64,000 bases of DNA from Eledone cirrhosa (taxonomy: Eukaryota). The stretch covers positions 244,280,001 through 244,344,000 of the forward strand of contig OZ024740.1 of assembly GCA_964016885.1 (NCBI GenBank). The letters run 5' to 3'. Below are positions 1 to 13,862 of the stretch, one piece after another (the first letter of the stretch is position 1; each line of letters opens with the position of its first letter). The position numbers and the translations under genes are program-made. A model generated the notes under the pieces. It did not search any database. It had not been told where the DNA came from and saw only the letters and a list, made by a program, of their open reading frames with translations.

Positions 1-649
1 GTCTTTGTTCAACAGAACAATTAACTCTTATAGTTAATATGTAAGTGGTTGAGTATTCCAATGTGTACCATTAATATAATTCTCAAGGGTATTCAGTGTG
101 ACAGTAAAGGGACCACTTAAATTACAAGTACAGAGTGAGTGGCTGAGTATTTCATAGAGATGTGTAGCCTTAATACAGTTATCAGGCAGATTCAGTGTGA
201 CATAGTATGTAACAAAACTGGCACAATTTTACAAAATTACAGGTAATTTCTTTGCAGGGTTGACATCAAACAAAACAGCACACGTAGATATAATCCAATC
301 CAATCCAGAGCTTTCTCACTCCTGTTTGAGGAACCCCTCCCTGGTTGACCTCAAACACATTCTCTTTGGTTTCAGTCATGTCAGGGGTATAGCTGTGATC
401 ACCACACTTGGCCAATTGTGGGTTGGTGAGGCTATTTAACCCATAGTTGGTATGGATGGCCATTGACTCTGAAGATCCACTTACTCTCCTCACCAGACCA
501 GGGTCTGGTGGAGGAACCAGTTTAATCACTGACCATGAAGCAGACTGTACTGGGTTACATCAGGAATCAGACACTGGCAGCAGTGCAAATATATTCCATT
601 CTTTAGCATCCATCATCACTACACAGGTTTCAATTGTTTTTATTTTTAA

Positions 650-1260
650 TATTATAATAGTGGTGGTGGTGGTGGCTGTGATAATGATAGTGGTATTGGA
701 AAAGTTGATGGTGATGATAATGGTGGTGGCGGTGCTGGTGGTGGTTGCTGTGGTAATAATAGTCATATTGATAGTGATGAGGGTGATAAGATGTTGGTGG
801 TGATTGTTATAACAATAGTGATATTGGTAGTCATGATGATGATGATGGTATGGTTTAGCTGTAATAACGAATGGTGTTGGCAGTAATGATGATGATGATG
901 GTGATGATGATAGTGGTGGTGGTGGTGGCAGTGGTGGTAGCTGTGATAATGACAGTGCTATTAATATTGAAGATGGTGGTGGCGGTGTTAGTGGCTGTGA
1001 TAACAAGTGGTATGGGGAGTGTTTGTGATGATAATGGTGGTGGTGGCTGTGATAATATGATAATGATGATAGAGATAGTGGTGATGACTGTTATAACAAA
1101 AGTGGTATTGGTGGTAATGATGGTAGCAATGGTGGCCATGATACAGTATTGGTATCAATAGTGATGATGATGTTGATGATGATGATCGTGGTGGTGGTAG
1201 TAGTGGGGCAGTAACTGTGATCATGAAAGTGGTAATGATGATGATGATGATAGCAATGAA
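650..1260. repeat. Degenerate (GGT/GAT)n trinucleotide low-complexity tract
   Basis: Runs of ggtggtggt, gatgatgat; yields spurious V/M/T-rich ORFs. Confidence 0.85.
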
Positions 1261-2256
1261 GAATATGACAGCTTTACATTACATTAATAGCTAAATCTTG
1301 GGTAATTATGCATTACTTGCAGACAGTTAAGAAAAAGAAAAAGAAACATTTAAATTTCAAAAGTTGTAAGAACATTATTTCTTCAAGAAATGAAAGATTC
1401 CAGATCCCCCACCTGACCCGACACTGGGAACACTCCACCACCCACATATCCACCACCAATTTCCTTAGATATTATGATGATATGAAATATCTTAAACAAC
1501 AAACAACTTAACTGCTGACAAGAACTTCCCAAGAGAAATTCTTGTGAGAAGTAGAAGAGAAAGAAAAAGAAAGTAAAACCTATTTGTTTACATTAGATAA
1601 AGTGATCAGATTTGAAAGTGAAAGTAGAAACATCCAATAAACAACATTAATGTAAGGATATAAAAAAATACAAGATTTTAAAAATATATAAAAAATATAA
1701 GAATACAAATACATAAGAATATCAATATATGAAAATATAATATAAAACTATTAGAATATAAATGTATAAAAATATATAGAAATGCCAAAAGAAGGAAAAA
1801 AAGTAGAAATAGCCAAAATGTTCAATTGAGGCAATAATACAATAAGGAAAGAGGAGAGAGAGCATTGTAGAATACAATCAGTTTAATTACTGAAGAACCT
1901 TTGTTAGGATTAAAATGATATTCCAGAGAGACAAGTAACATTCAGATCAGATAACAATATTTACACTTCTGGCAATTAATATTTGGGAAATATGAAACAC
2001 TGTTTGATATCCCCCCCCCCCCTCCCCTTTTAATAGAGCAAAAAGTTTTAATCATTATTTTTTTTATTGTTTGTTTTACATGGGATTTAAACAACTGATT
2101 AAACAATGATAAAATGCCATCACCTGATGGAAACGCCAAATTAATACAACAATTGGTGTTCAGCCCTGAATTGCTTTAAATAGTGCAATATATATATATA
2201 TATACATATATACAATGATATTAAATAAATGGAAACTATATTTATAAAACCATATT

Positions 2257-2318
2257 TATTCTATTATATATATTTCAAGAGTACCAAAAATTTTGGTACG
2301 CTATCATCAGATAAAATA
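2257..2318 (-). ncRNA. Minimal type I hammerhead ribozyme in PLE 3' pLTR
   Basis: TATTTTAT-CTGATGA-[GTACCAAAA/TTTTGGTAC stem II]-GAAA-TATATA-TA-ATAGAATA; conserved core, palindromic stem III, AUA cleavage triplet. Confidence 0.8.
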
Positions 2319-3391
2319 CAAAGGGTGTTTTATAAATTTTGACATAACCAAGGAGAATATACCTTAGCGGTTCAAGTTAACCCTGGAAAGTGAAGGGAAG
2401 AGAAGAAAAGTCAGATATTTCAAATTATTAAGATGAGTATGCAAATGAGGTTTATGTAAAAGGGCTGAAAAAACGTTATTTTGGACGCTATGGAAAATTT
2501 AAATAATTATGATAAGTAATTGTATGCATAGGAAAGAAGAGAAAGGAAGAAGTGCTAGCATTTACGTTAATTTTGGGGAAAAGATTTATTTACCTATATT
2601 ATGAGTTATAATATTGTATATATAATCAATTAGATTATATGAATAATTATGGTTGTAAGTATTTTTATCTTATTACATTAGGATAGGTTATATGTATATA
2701 AATATCTATATATATATTAACAAATTGCGTATGTATTAGTTGTTTATATATCAAATATGAGTTATGAAGGACGTTTAATTTGTATTTTACTTAAAAAATA
2801 GGTGGTTCAAGTTGTGAGAGTAGAACAATTTGTGGAGTCAAACATTTTGTTCAACATTGAGAGTGTTTCAGAATATTGTTAATTTAGCAAAGCTATACAG
2901 ATTATCAAACGTAAAATGCTTATGTTTGCACGATTGAGAAAAATGCTTATGTTTGCACGATTGAGAAAGGAAAGATAACTCCAATTTTGTTTCTTAACCA
3001 TTAAATTAGAGAAAATTATATATTATTTAAAGATGCGTGAATATTTGAATAACAAAAAGAGAGAGGAAAAATGTAATGTGTTTTTCGAAGAACTATCGTA
3101 AAGAGGATAAATTTTCAGAATATCATTTAAAGATTATCAATCTACATCTAAAAATATATTTATAGGGGTGTCCTTACCAAAATAATGTCGAAATTAAAAA
3201 TAATGTCAGAATTAAAATAATGTAGGAAATTTAAATAATAAATATATATATTAAAAATATTATAAATATTAGAGGCATTAACATTTTTTGAAATATTAAA
3301 AATATTAAAAAATATAAAAAAATATTAAAAATATTAAATTTTACATTTAAATAAAAAAAAAATAGGATCATTTTGAAGGTTTATAGGGATA

Positions 3392-4706
3392 TTATAAATT
3401 AAAAATAGTTCTGAACGTGGAATTTTGGCAATGTTTACAAGAAGAAAATAATTCTGTTCTGAGATTAATAGAGTTTTGATAGTTAATTATATAAAAAATT
3501 TCTTCGATACACAATTTACAGAATCTTGATAAAGCCGTATTTAGGTATGCATGTGCTTTTAAAATTGTTCTCCAAGATATTGAATAGTCTATATTGTTGT
3601 CTTTTAAATCCCATATTAGATGTGAAAGTGAAGTAGAAGATTTTTTATCAGATCTCCTAAGTGTATGATTGTGGTTATTCCAGCATCTTTAAATTTTGTT
3701 GAAGTGGCACCAACATAGTTAAATATTTTGTTGCTAGTTTTAACTGTGCATGTATAAACTGTTTTTGTCTAAACAATTATTTTGTAAAGGGCAGTTTGAT
3801 TTGATTCTACAGTTACAATTACCTGAGTTATCGTTGTTCAGAATGGTACCATTATTCTGAGTATTGTTGTTAGAAATATTATTATTGCTATTTTGGTTAG
3901 TTTGGTTATGGTTTAAATTTAAGTTTCTATTATTAATTCTATTTATATTTTGTGCTATGTTCATAGAGGTAGAGTAGGATAGTTTTATAGTGTGTCTGTT
4001 AAAAATAGAGTGGTATCTGTGGGTTTTAGGAAAACATTTATCTAGTGCTTTAAAGAATAGCTTTGCTAAAGGTGTTTTAACACTTAATGAGAATGGGGGA
4101 AAGTACCAAATAATATTTCTAGTTCTAGCTTTTTTGTTTGGTTTAGTGTCTAAGTTAATACTAGGATGATATATCATGTTATTGTTATCTATGTATTTAA
4201 TTCTATTTGAGTATCCTGCTCTATGTAAAGCTTCATTATAATATTCAGCTTTATCATCAAAAATATTTTTATTAGCGGAGATGCGTGAAATCCGTTGTTG
4301 GACGCTATTGACAATAGTGTTTTTAATATTTCTAGGATGATTAGAATTGAAACTTACATAATTTAAATTTTCGTTAATTTTATGGAAAGGATAGTAAAGA
4401 CCTGTGCTAAGGTTTAAAGTTACATCTAAGAAGTTAACGATTTTGTAGTTATTCTCTATTTCTAACTTAAGATTGTAGTTGTTGAAAAATTGTATTATGG
4501 ATTTTCTTTTCCTATTAATATCACTATTGCTATGGTTTTCAGTTAAAAGCAACATATCGTCACGATATAAACCTCCGGTCATCTCTGGCATTTTCCTATG
4601 CAGTACATTATTAATAAATAATCCAACGAGGTCTGAAAGTTGCGCTGAGTCAGATGATCCCATAGTGATATCAAAATTGTTTTTTCTGTCGGCACTTGCC
4701 CAGAGA
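3392..4706 (-). pseudogene. PLE RT + GIY-YIG endonuclease, 5'-truncated, two frameshifts near 3760 and 3690
   Basis: ORF 3740..4663 plus manual translation of the downstream frames. Confidence 0.85.
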
Positions 4707-4772
<66 letters not shown>

Positions 4773-4838
4773 CGAGGGAAAAGTGGTAAGGAACCAGGTG
4801 GACCATAATTCTCTAAACACTAAGCCATGTGCCTCCAC

Positions 4839-4872
<34 letters not shown>

Positions 4873-4878
4873 TATATA

Positions 4879-5530
4879 TCATCATCATCATCATCATCAT
4901 CACCGTTTAACGTCCGTGTTCCACGCTTGCATGGGTTTGGACGGGGGTAGTCCCACTTGAGGCAAGAGTGATTGTCTTGCTCGCATAGGACTGTCTGGCA
5001 GGTTTTCTACAGTTGGATGCCCTTCCTAACACCAACCACATTTACAGTGTGGGTCTGGGAGGTTTTTACCGTGTTGCCTACACGGCCACATTACAGCGTG
5101 GACTGTGTGTTTTTTTGTCGTGACACCTACACGATCTCATTTGTTTCGGCCTGGATGGTGTGGCACCAACACAACTTTACATAGAACGGGGTGGCGTGGA
5201 TGGGTTGGGGGTGGTGGGACGGAGGGGGGGGGGGGGGTATTTTGTTAGATGCCTACTGGCTGTAGTAGGTTTTACTATGTATTTAGGTAAGGCGGGTCTT
5301 CTCTGTTACTGAGTACCGCCAAAGGTCTCGGTCCAGTGACATTGTTTTGGAGAGGTGTAAGTGTGTGAGGTCGGAGTTTATCAGCTCGTCCCAGGTTTTT
5401 CTAGGTCTGCCTATTCCGTGGCTACCGTCTATCTTTATTGCCCAGCACTTTGTTATACAGCTATCGACTTTCATGCGCATCACGTGTCCATACCAACGTA
5501 GCCTTCTCTCGAGTAAACAACATCTGATCC

Positions 5531-5533
<3 letters not shown>
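4879..5533 (-). mobile_element. 5'-truncated RTE LINE (subfamily 2) 3' fragment with (GAT)n tail, within (TA)n
   Basis: RRLRWYGHVMR...GRPRKTW C-terminus; 3' UTR near-identical to 53030-53611; (TA)n on both sides. Confidence 0.9.
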
Positions 5534-5603
<70 letters not shown>

Positions 5604-5909
5604 TCATCATCATCATCATCACCGTTTTACGTCCGTTCTTCCACGCTAGCATGGGTTAGACGGGTTGTCCTGTTGTGGGCAGTGTCTGGTCGGCTGACCA
5701 TGCCTTGCTCATACAGGAACTGATCTGGCTTGATTTCTACAGCTGGATGCCCTTCCTAACACCAACCTCATTTACAGTGAGTGCTGGGTGCTTTTTCGTG
5801 GCGCCTACACGTCCACTTTACAGTGTGGGCTGGGTGCTTTTTTGCCGTGGCACCTCCACGACCACCTTGCGGTGGGGGGGGGGGGGGGGGGGCATATTGT
5901 TTATATGCT

Positions 5910-8900
5910 TCAGCATGTACCCATGGGAGGTCGGGTACCCTGTATTACTGCGTGACGCCAGAAGTCACGGTCGTGTGTCATTGACTTTGAGAGGTGTAGT
6001 TGGGTAAGGTCGGCTTTTATCACCTCATCCCAAGTCATCTTGGGTCTCCCCACTCCGCGGTTTCCATCAACTTCTAGTGCTCTGCACCTTTTTATGCAGC
6101 TGTCATCCTTCATACGCATCACATGTCCATACCAGCGTAACCGCCTCTCCTGCACGCAGCATTTGATTCCTCTTATGCTCAGTCTCTCTCTCAATTCATT
6201 TATGCTTTGTCGTTCACGTATATTACTGTTACACATCCATCGGAGCATGCAGGCTTCGTTTCTCTCTAATCTACGTAAGTCTTCCACCTTCAGCGCCCAG
6301 GTCTCACTACCATGCAACATCGCTGTTCGGATACACGCATCATACAGTCTGCCTTTCATTCTGAGGGAGAAGCCTTTTGCAGCTAGCAGTGGTAGTAGTT
6401 CCCTAAACTTCTTCCATCCCGTTCTTACCCTAGTTATTGTACTTTCTGAGCACCCACCTCCGTTGCTAATTCGGTCACCTAGGTAGCAGAAGCTGTCTAC
6501 TGTTTCTACAGGGCCCTCCCAGAGATTGGTGGTACTTGTTTCCTGTGGCTGTTTGCTTGCTGTTTCAGCACAGCTGCTGCATGTGAATCCTACATTCTTA
6601 ATTAAGCTTCCTGAGATCCCGCTACATCTCTTGTGTACCCATTGTTTGCATTTGGGGCAAAGAATGGAGTTCCTACCTACACCTTTCCTACATACTGAGC
6701 AAGGCCATTTCCCTGAGGGGATCTGGGTTCTGTTTTCTCGTCTACTTATAAGGACCTTAGTCTTTGTCATGTTGACTTTGAGGCCCTTTCTCTCTAGTCC
6801 CTGCTTCCAGGTTTGGAATTTATTCTCTAGTTCTACCATAGATTCAGCTATGAGTGCGAGGTCATCAGCATACAGGAGTTCCCATGGGCATCCGGTCTTA
6901 AACTCCTCCGTTATTGCCTGCAGGACTATGATGAACAGGAGAGGGCTAAGAACAGAGCCCTGGTGGACCCCAACCTGTACGCTAAATTCCTCGCTATACT
7001 CATTGCCAATCCTAACTTTGCTGACTGCTCCCCTATACATGGCTTGTACCGCTTTCACAAGCCATTCATCTACTCCTAGTTTTCTAAGAGCCCACCAGAT
7101 TACTGCACGTGGAACTCTGTCAAAGGCTTTCTCAAGGTCGACAAATGCCAAGTAGAGTGGCTTACTTTTAGCTAGGTACTTTTCCTGTAATTGCCTCACA
7201 AGGAAGAGCGCATCAGTGGTGCCTTTCCCTGGAACAAACCCAAATTGCATCTCGTCTATATTCACCCGGTCCCTAATCAGCTGTGCTATAACTCTTTCTG
7301 TTACTTTCATGACCTGGTCCATCAACTTTATACCTCTATAGTTTCCTCTATCTAGTGCATCGCCTTTACCTTTGTAGCAGTTGACAATGATGCTACTGCA
7401 CCAATCTTTTGGTATGGCCCCCTCTAGTATTACCTGGTTAACGATACGTGTGGTTATAGTGTGACCTACAGACCCAGATGCCTTCAGCATCTCGGCAGCT
7501 ATACCCGATGGACCGGTTGCCTTCCCTATCTTCATATCTCTGATTGCCTTACTTACTACGCTGCCGCTGACTTGTACTACTGGTCCCTCTATAGGGTCTA
7601 CGTGGGGTAGGGTCTCTTCTTCCCATGCATTCTCCTCATTTAGTAATCTATCATAATGACTCTTCCATGCATCTTTCTTCTCAGCACTTGTGAGGGCAAG
7701 CTCACCTTTATCATTCCGGATACACTTCTCTCCAATGACATCACAACTATCTCTGACACACTGCCTCGCAATCTTGAATACCTCCTGTTTCTGGTCCTCA
7801 CGTTGTAAAACATGCTTGAATTTTCTATCCTCTGCTTCCCTCCTAGCTAAGTATACTTGTCGCCTAGCTTCCCTCTTGGTCTCTATGTAATGTACCCTGC
7901 TCCCCCCGTTCTTCCATTCTTTCCATGCCTGTCTCTTGGCCTTGACTGCTTCATCTACCTTATTGTTCCACCACCAAGTCACTCTCCTCCTGCTTGAGGT
8001 CTTACTCCAGCCACAAACCTCATCCGTCGCCTCTAGTAAGTTATTTTTTAGGAACTCCCAGTTCTCTTCTACGTTAAATGTCTCTATCTGTTCTTCTTTA
8101 CTGTCGTAGGCGTTGAGTAAAATATCTTTAAATCTGTTACTGGTTGAGGGGACTTTCAGCTTCCAGATCTTTCTTCTCCAGGTTGGCCTCTGTTTCAGGG
8201 CTCGTCTAGTTCTGACCGTGAGGTCGCTGACAACTAAGCTATGTTGGGATGTACATTCCTCACTAGGGAAGGCTTTTGTGTTTACGACCGTCCATCTGTC
8301 ACGTCCTCTGATGAGGATAAAATCTAACTGACTAGAGTGCTCCCCTGATCTATAGGTGATCAGGTGGTTGTCGGGTTTTTTAAAGTTTGTGTTACATATC
8401 GACATGTCATTGGCGTCGCAGAATTCTAGAAGTCTGAATCCTTCCTCATTCCTTGTGCCAACTCCATGGCCTCCATGTACTCTATTGAAGCCGTCGCAGT
8501 GTTTACCTACGTGTCCGTTAAAATCTCCTGCAATGATTAGGAAGTCCTTGTCGTCTGTTAGAGCAGTAGTGTGTATTAGGGACTCGTAAAACCTATCCTT
8601 AAGTTCGTCTGGCAGCCCCGATTGGGGTGCGTAAGCTGATATTAATGTGGTAATTGTCTTATTCAGGACTAGTCTGAGTTTAATGATTCTTGCATTTACC
8701 CTGTACACTGAGATTACTTTATCTACCCACTTGTCAGCTAATAGTATACCTACACCACCCATCCCATCGTCATTTCCCACCCAGAAAAATTTGTAGCACT
8801 GGCTTTTTCCTACAAGGACTCTAGCAGACCCTCCTCTCCATCTAGTCTCTTGCACACAGCATACATCAACTTCCTTTCGCTCTAGCATTTCTACGATTTC

Positions 8901-9029
8901 TCCTGCTCTTCCTTTCATTGAGCCTACATTGATGGTACCAACTCGGAGTTTTGGGCATTTGTCGACACTCGTAGGGGAGGGTCTCTGGGTTGGCGCTTCA
9001 CGTGGGTGCTTGGTAGCTCGCAGATTCAT
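5910..9029 (-). CDS. RTE ORF, 1039 aa: APE endonuclease + reverse transcriptase with inserted PHD-type zinc finger
   Basis: EN motifs GTINV, CVQETRW, GVGILL, SAYAPQ, GDFNGHVG, LDFIL, SQH; RT motifs NYRGIKL, QFGF, FVDLEKAFDRV, GVHQGSVLSPLLF, LLYADD, GLKVN..KTK, FCYLG; RTE C-terminal RRLRWYGHV and GRPK.TW. No stops or frameshifts. Confidence 0.95.
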   Translation of the reverse strand: MNLRATKHPREAPTQRPSPTSVDKCPKLRVGTINVGSMKGRAGEIVEMLERKEVDVCCVQETRWRGGSARVLVGKSQCYKFFWVGNDDGMGGVGILLADKWVDKVISVYRVNARIIKLRLVLNKTITTLISAYAPQSGLPDELKDRFYESLIHTTALTDDKDFLIIAGDFNGHVGKHCDGFNRVHGGHGVGTRNEEGFRLLEFCDANDMSICNTNFKKPDNHLITYRSGEHSSQLDFILIRGRDRWTVVNTKAFPSEECTSQHSLVVSDLTVRTRRALKQRPTWRRKIWKLKVPSTSNRFKDILLNAYDSKEEQIETFNVEENWEFLKNNLLEATDEVCGWSKTSSRRRVTWWWNNKVDEAVKAKRQAWKEWKNGGSRVHYIETKREARRQVYLARREAEDRKFKHVLQREDQKQEVFKIARQCVRDSCDVIGEKCIRNDKGELALTSAEKKDAWKSHYDRLLNEENAWEEETLPHVDPIEGPVVQVSGSVVSKAIRDMKIGKATGPSGIAAEMLKASGSVGHTITTRIVNQVILEGAIPKDWCSSIIVNCYKGKGDALDRGNYRGIKLMDQVMKVTERVIAQLIRDRVNIDEMQFGFVPGKGTTDALFLVRQLQEKYLAKSKPLYLAFVDLEKAFDRVPRAVIWWALRKLGVDEWLVKAVQAMYRGAVSKVRIGNEYSEEFSVQVGVHQGSVLSPLLFIIVLQAITEEFKTGCPWELLYADDLALIAESMVELENKFQTWKQGLERKGLKVNMTKTKVLISRRENRTQIPSGKWPCSVCRKGVGRNSILCPKCKQWVHKRCSGISGSLIKNVGFTCSSCAETASKQPQETSTTNLWEGPVETVDSFCYLGDRISNGGGCSESTITRVRTGWKKFRELLPLLAAKGFSLRMKGRLYDACIRTAMLHGSETWALKVEDLRRLERNEACMLRWMCNSNIRERQSINELRERLSIRGIKCCVQERRLRWYGHVMRMKDDSCIKRCRALEVDGNRGVGRPKMTWDEVIKADLTQLHLSKSMTHDRDFWRHAVIQGTRPPMGTC

Positions 9030-9274
9030 ATTTCATCTATTGATTCAGAGTTGCTCGTGTATTCCCAGCTCATCCATCCCTAACGGTGGGAAAATTGAGG
9101 GCTAGAAGGACAGTGGTGGTGGGGTAATGGCAGGGTGTGTTGGGATGCGCCAGAGGAGGAGAGAGTTAGTTAGGCAGGTAGTAGCAGCAGCAGCAGTGGA
9201 AATGGCATGCTAGGTTTGATTGGTCGAATAGACTATGGTGGTGTGTGGGGGTGGGGGGGGAGGGAAATTGTGAG

Positions 9275-11065
<1,791 letters not shown>

Positions 11066-11450
11066 CTGTATGTAAAAGGGAAACAGAAATAACAACACAA
11101 TCGGTACAGTATATGGAAGGGATATATTAGGTTAACATTTGATATAGCAGGAAGAGAGTCTTAACTTTTCGGGCGCTAATCTTTCATCAGAAAGAATGAG
11201 AAATAAGATAGATTGAGGGGACGGGCAGGATGGAATTGGAAAAAATGTCTTTAGGTAAAAATAACAGGTCCATTCATGTTGATATCTCTTTGTTTTCGGT
11301 TTCTCTAGTTTAGGTTTAGAGTAGCCTATAACGAGGACTGTTTCAGTTTTTTCATTAATCGGTGACATCCATGCATTAATGAAAAAAACTGTTTAACAGC
11401 AGTGGACTAATAGTTAAGGCGAACAAAACAGCGAATGTTTACTCCATAGA
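11066..11450 (-). mobile_element. PLE pLTR remnant with degenerate hammerhead (11159-11195); same family as 45105-45282
   Basis: TCTTTCTGATGA..GAAAAGTTAAGA; downstream about 90 bp matches 45197-45282. Confidence 0.65.
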
Positions 11451-11494
11451 TATTGCCACATATAACAACTTCATTTGCAAGGAATTACATACGA

Positions 11495-13106
11495 AATACA
11501 GGCACTAAACTGGTTGCACGCATCATCTATCAAGCTATATATGGCAGTGTCATACTCAAAGACTGGTGCAGCAGTATTCCCATAAATTGCTACAAAAATA
11601 AAGGGGATGCTCTGGAGAGGAGCAATTATAGGGGCATAAAGCTGATGGATCAGGTTATGAAAGTGACAGAGAGAATATTAGTGCAATTAAATAGAGAAAG
11701 GGTCAAATTAGATGAGATGCAGTTTGGTTTTGTGCCTGGGAAAAGTACAACAAATGCCCTCTTCTTAGTGAGACAATTACAAGAGAGGTTCTTTGAGAAG
11801 AATAAGCCACTATACTTAGCTTTTGTTGACTTAGAGAAGGCCTTTGATAGGGTACCCCGATCTGTCATCTGGTGACGCCTAAGGAGACTAGATGTAGAGA
11901 AATGGCTTGTGAGGACAGTGCAAGCTATGTACAGAGGTGCTGTCAGTAAAGTGAGAGTAGGAATGCAGTTTAGTGAAGAATTCCAGATACAAGTAGGAGT
12001 ACATCAGGGTTCAGTCCTCAGCCCGCTCTTGTTCATTATAGTCCTCCAAGCCATAACAGAGGAGTTTAAGACTGGCTGCCCATGGGAACTACTCTTTGCT
12101 GACCATTTGGTTCTTATAGCAGAATCAGTAGAGGAGCTAGAGTATTAATAATAATAGTAATAATAGTAGTAATAATAATGGCTATGGAAACAGCAGTTGG
12201 AATCAAGAGGACTGAGGGTGAACAAGGCTAAGACAAAAGTGTTGATAAGTAGAAAAGAGGACAAAACTCTGATTCCATCAGGGAAATGGCCATGTTTGAT
12301 ATATAGAAAAGGAACTAGAATAAATTCTATAAAATGTACACATTGCAGATGTCGGGTACATAAGAGATGTAGTGGGATAGCAGGAAAACTAACAGGGAGG
12401 GAAAACCATGTATGCAGTAGATGTACAGGGAAATTTGACAGTAGAAATCGTAGTGATAGACACATTTTTCAAATGCAGGTGGGTTCTATAGAAGTCGTTG
12501 ATAGCTTCCGGTACCTAGGTGATCAGATTAGCATGGGATGGGGGTGTTCTGAAGCCATAGTATCTAGAATAAGGACGGGTTGGAAGAAGTTTAGGGAGCT
12601 GCTTCCTCTGTTGACAAAGAAGGGTTTCTCCCTGCATACGAAAGGCCAGTTATATGATGCCTGTGTGAGATGTGCGATGCTGCATGATAGTGAGACATGG
12701 GCAGAAACTACAGAGGATATACGATGGCTGGAGAGAAATGAAGCAAGCATGCTCCGTTGGATGTGTAATGTCAATGTGTATGAACAACCAAGCATGGATG
12801 AGTTGAGAGAGGAACTGTGTATAAGAGAGATAAGTTGTGCTGTGCAGGAAAGAAGGCTCAGATGGTATGGACATGTGATGTGCATGGAAGATGACCGCTG
12901 GGTAATGAAGTGCGAAGAAATCCCAGTAGAAGGAAGACGCAGCAGAGGAAGACCACCAAAAACATGGGCGACGGTGGTGAGAGCAGACCTCAGATCACTG
13001 AAGCTCACAGAGGAGATGACGAATGACCGTGACAAGTGGAGAGATGCTATGCTGAATAGGACCCCTTGCCTGCAGGGAAAAGCGGGTGTATGATGATGAT
13101 GATGAT
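11495..13106 (+). mobile_element. 5'-truncated RTE LINE (subfamily 3), degenerate, with PHD remnant and internal (TAA)n
   Basis: ORFs 11453..11875, 11909..12148, 12197..13093 give consecutive RT segments; (GAT)n tail. Confidence 0.9.
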
Positions 13107-13109
13107 CCC

Positions 13110-13700
13110 AGATAGGGTAATAGCACACATTAAGGATAAACTGAAAATCAAACTATGGGGTAACACTAGAGAGGTGGTCAACTGGTTTAGTGAAATAGAT
13201 AATATAGGGGTCCCCAAATTCATATAGTTGTCATAAATGATTACTATTCATCCATAACCCCTGTCCTCTTAAATAAGGCACTTGCTTTCACTAGTAAAAT
13301 CTCTGACCTAACCCTGGATGAAATTAGGATAGTAATAACAGCTAGGCGAACAATTATTAAATTTGAGAACCAGTTCTGGGAATGGCGTAATAGAGAAAAT
13401 AGCTTCGATATCACAATGGGCTCCAGCAACTCAGCCCAAGTAACGGATGTAGTCAGAATTTTCATAGCCCATAATATCCATGGGGATTTGATAACCTCCA
13501 AGGAGGAATTTATAGAGCCAATGCCCTTCTACTAGTCAAAAACACAAATAACTAAAACCTAGAAAGATTACGAAAGAAGATTAGAGCCTTCTTCAGTAGA
13601 ACCGTTCCATAAGAATAATGGGTACCTACCATACATTATAAGCCTCCATAATAAAATCAATAACACACAACATATATCTTAGAATAACCCACCTATCATC
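13110..13700 (+). mobile_element. Naiad-like Penelope RT remnant
   Basis: Manual translation: LWGNTREVVNWFSEI...YYSSITPVLLNKALAF...SFDITMGSSNSAQVTDVV, homologous to the 2213-4706 element. Confidence 0.75.
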
Positions 13701-13794
13701 CACACTTCTAATTTAAAACTAAAAAAAAAATTTTTTGGAGCAGTAATACAATAATACATCAGTAAGTATGCAAATACCATGCGTATATGCCTAT

Positions 13795-13862
13795 ATTGTA
13801 CCTATATATATAGAGAGAAATTAGGGTGATCCCTAATTTCTCTCTCTATATATAGGTACAAT
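13795..13862. repeat. Hairpin: 32-bp inverted arms, 4-nt loop, one mismatch
   Basis: attgtacctatatatatagagagaaattaggg-tgat-ccctaatttctctctctatatataggtacaat. Confidence 0.9.

Larger units (their letters stand above)
2213..4706 (-). mobile_element. 5'-truncated Penelope-like retroelement, Naiad-like, between two (TA)n tracts
   Basis: RT C-terminal half (FDITMGSSDSAQLSDLVGL, GLYRDD, NFLDVTLNL, SNHPRNI), CNCR..CPL..CL linker, frameshifted GIY-YIG (VYTCTV...YVGAT, CKLCIEE, INLRTELFSSCKH, stop at 3392-3394), long 3' UTR ending in a hammerhead; flanked by (TA)n at 2188-2212 and 4708-4771. Confidence 0.88.

Noticed and set aside
266-620. Minus-strand ORF 266..529 extended through an in-frame TGA at 560; ends GLDYIYVC, faintly like COLGALT LDWDLIYVG
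   Set aside because: No splice signals, wrong order relative to expected exons, no further similarity; probably an old repeat. No basis for selenocysteine.
3392-4706. Possible selenoprotein-type Naiad
   Set aside because: Conserved Cys positions are TGT/TGC and no in-frame TGA is present in this copy.
8230-8260. SQH instead of the canonical SDH in the APE endonuclease
   Set aside because: Shared by all three copies covering the site and known to me as a common RTE-lineage variant, so neither inactivating nor novel.
6040-8589. Several plus-strand ORFs overlapping the RTE ORF, recurring in other copies
   Set aside because: Antisense shadows of the RTE coding sequence; recurrence reflects copy homology.
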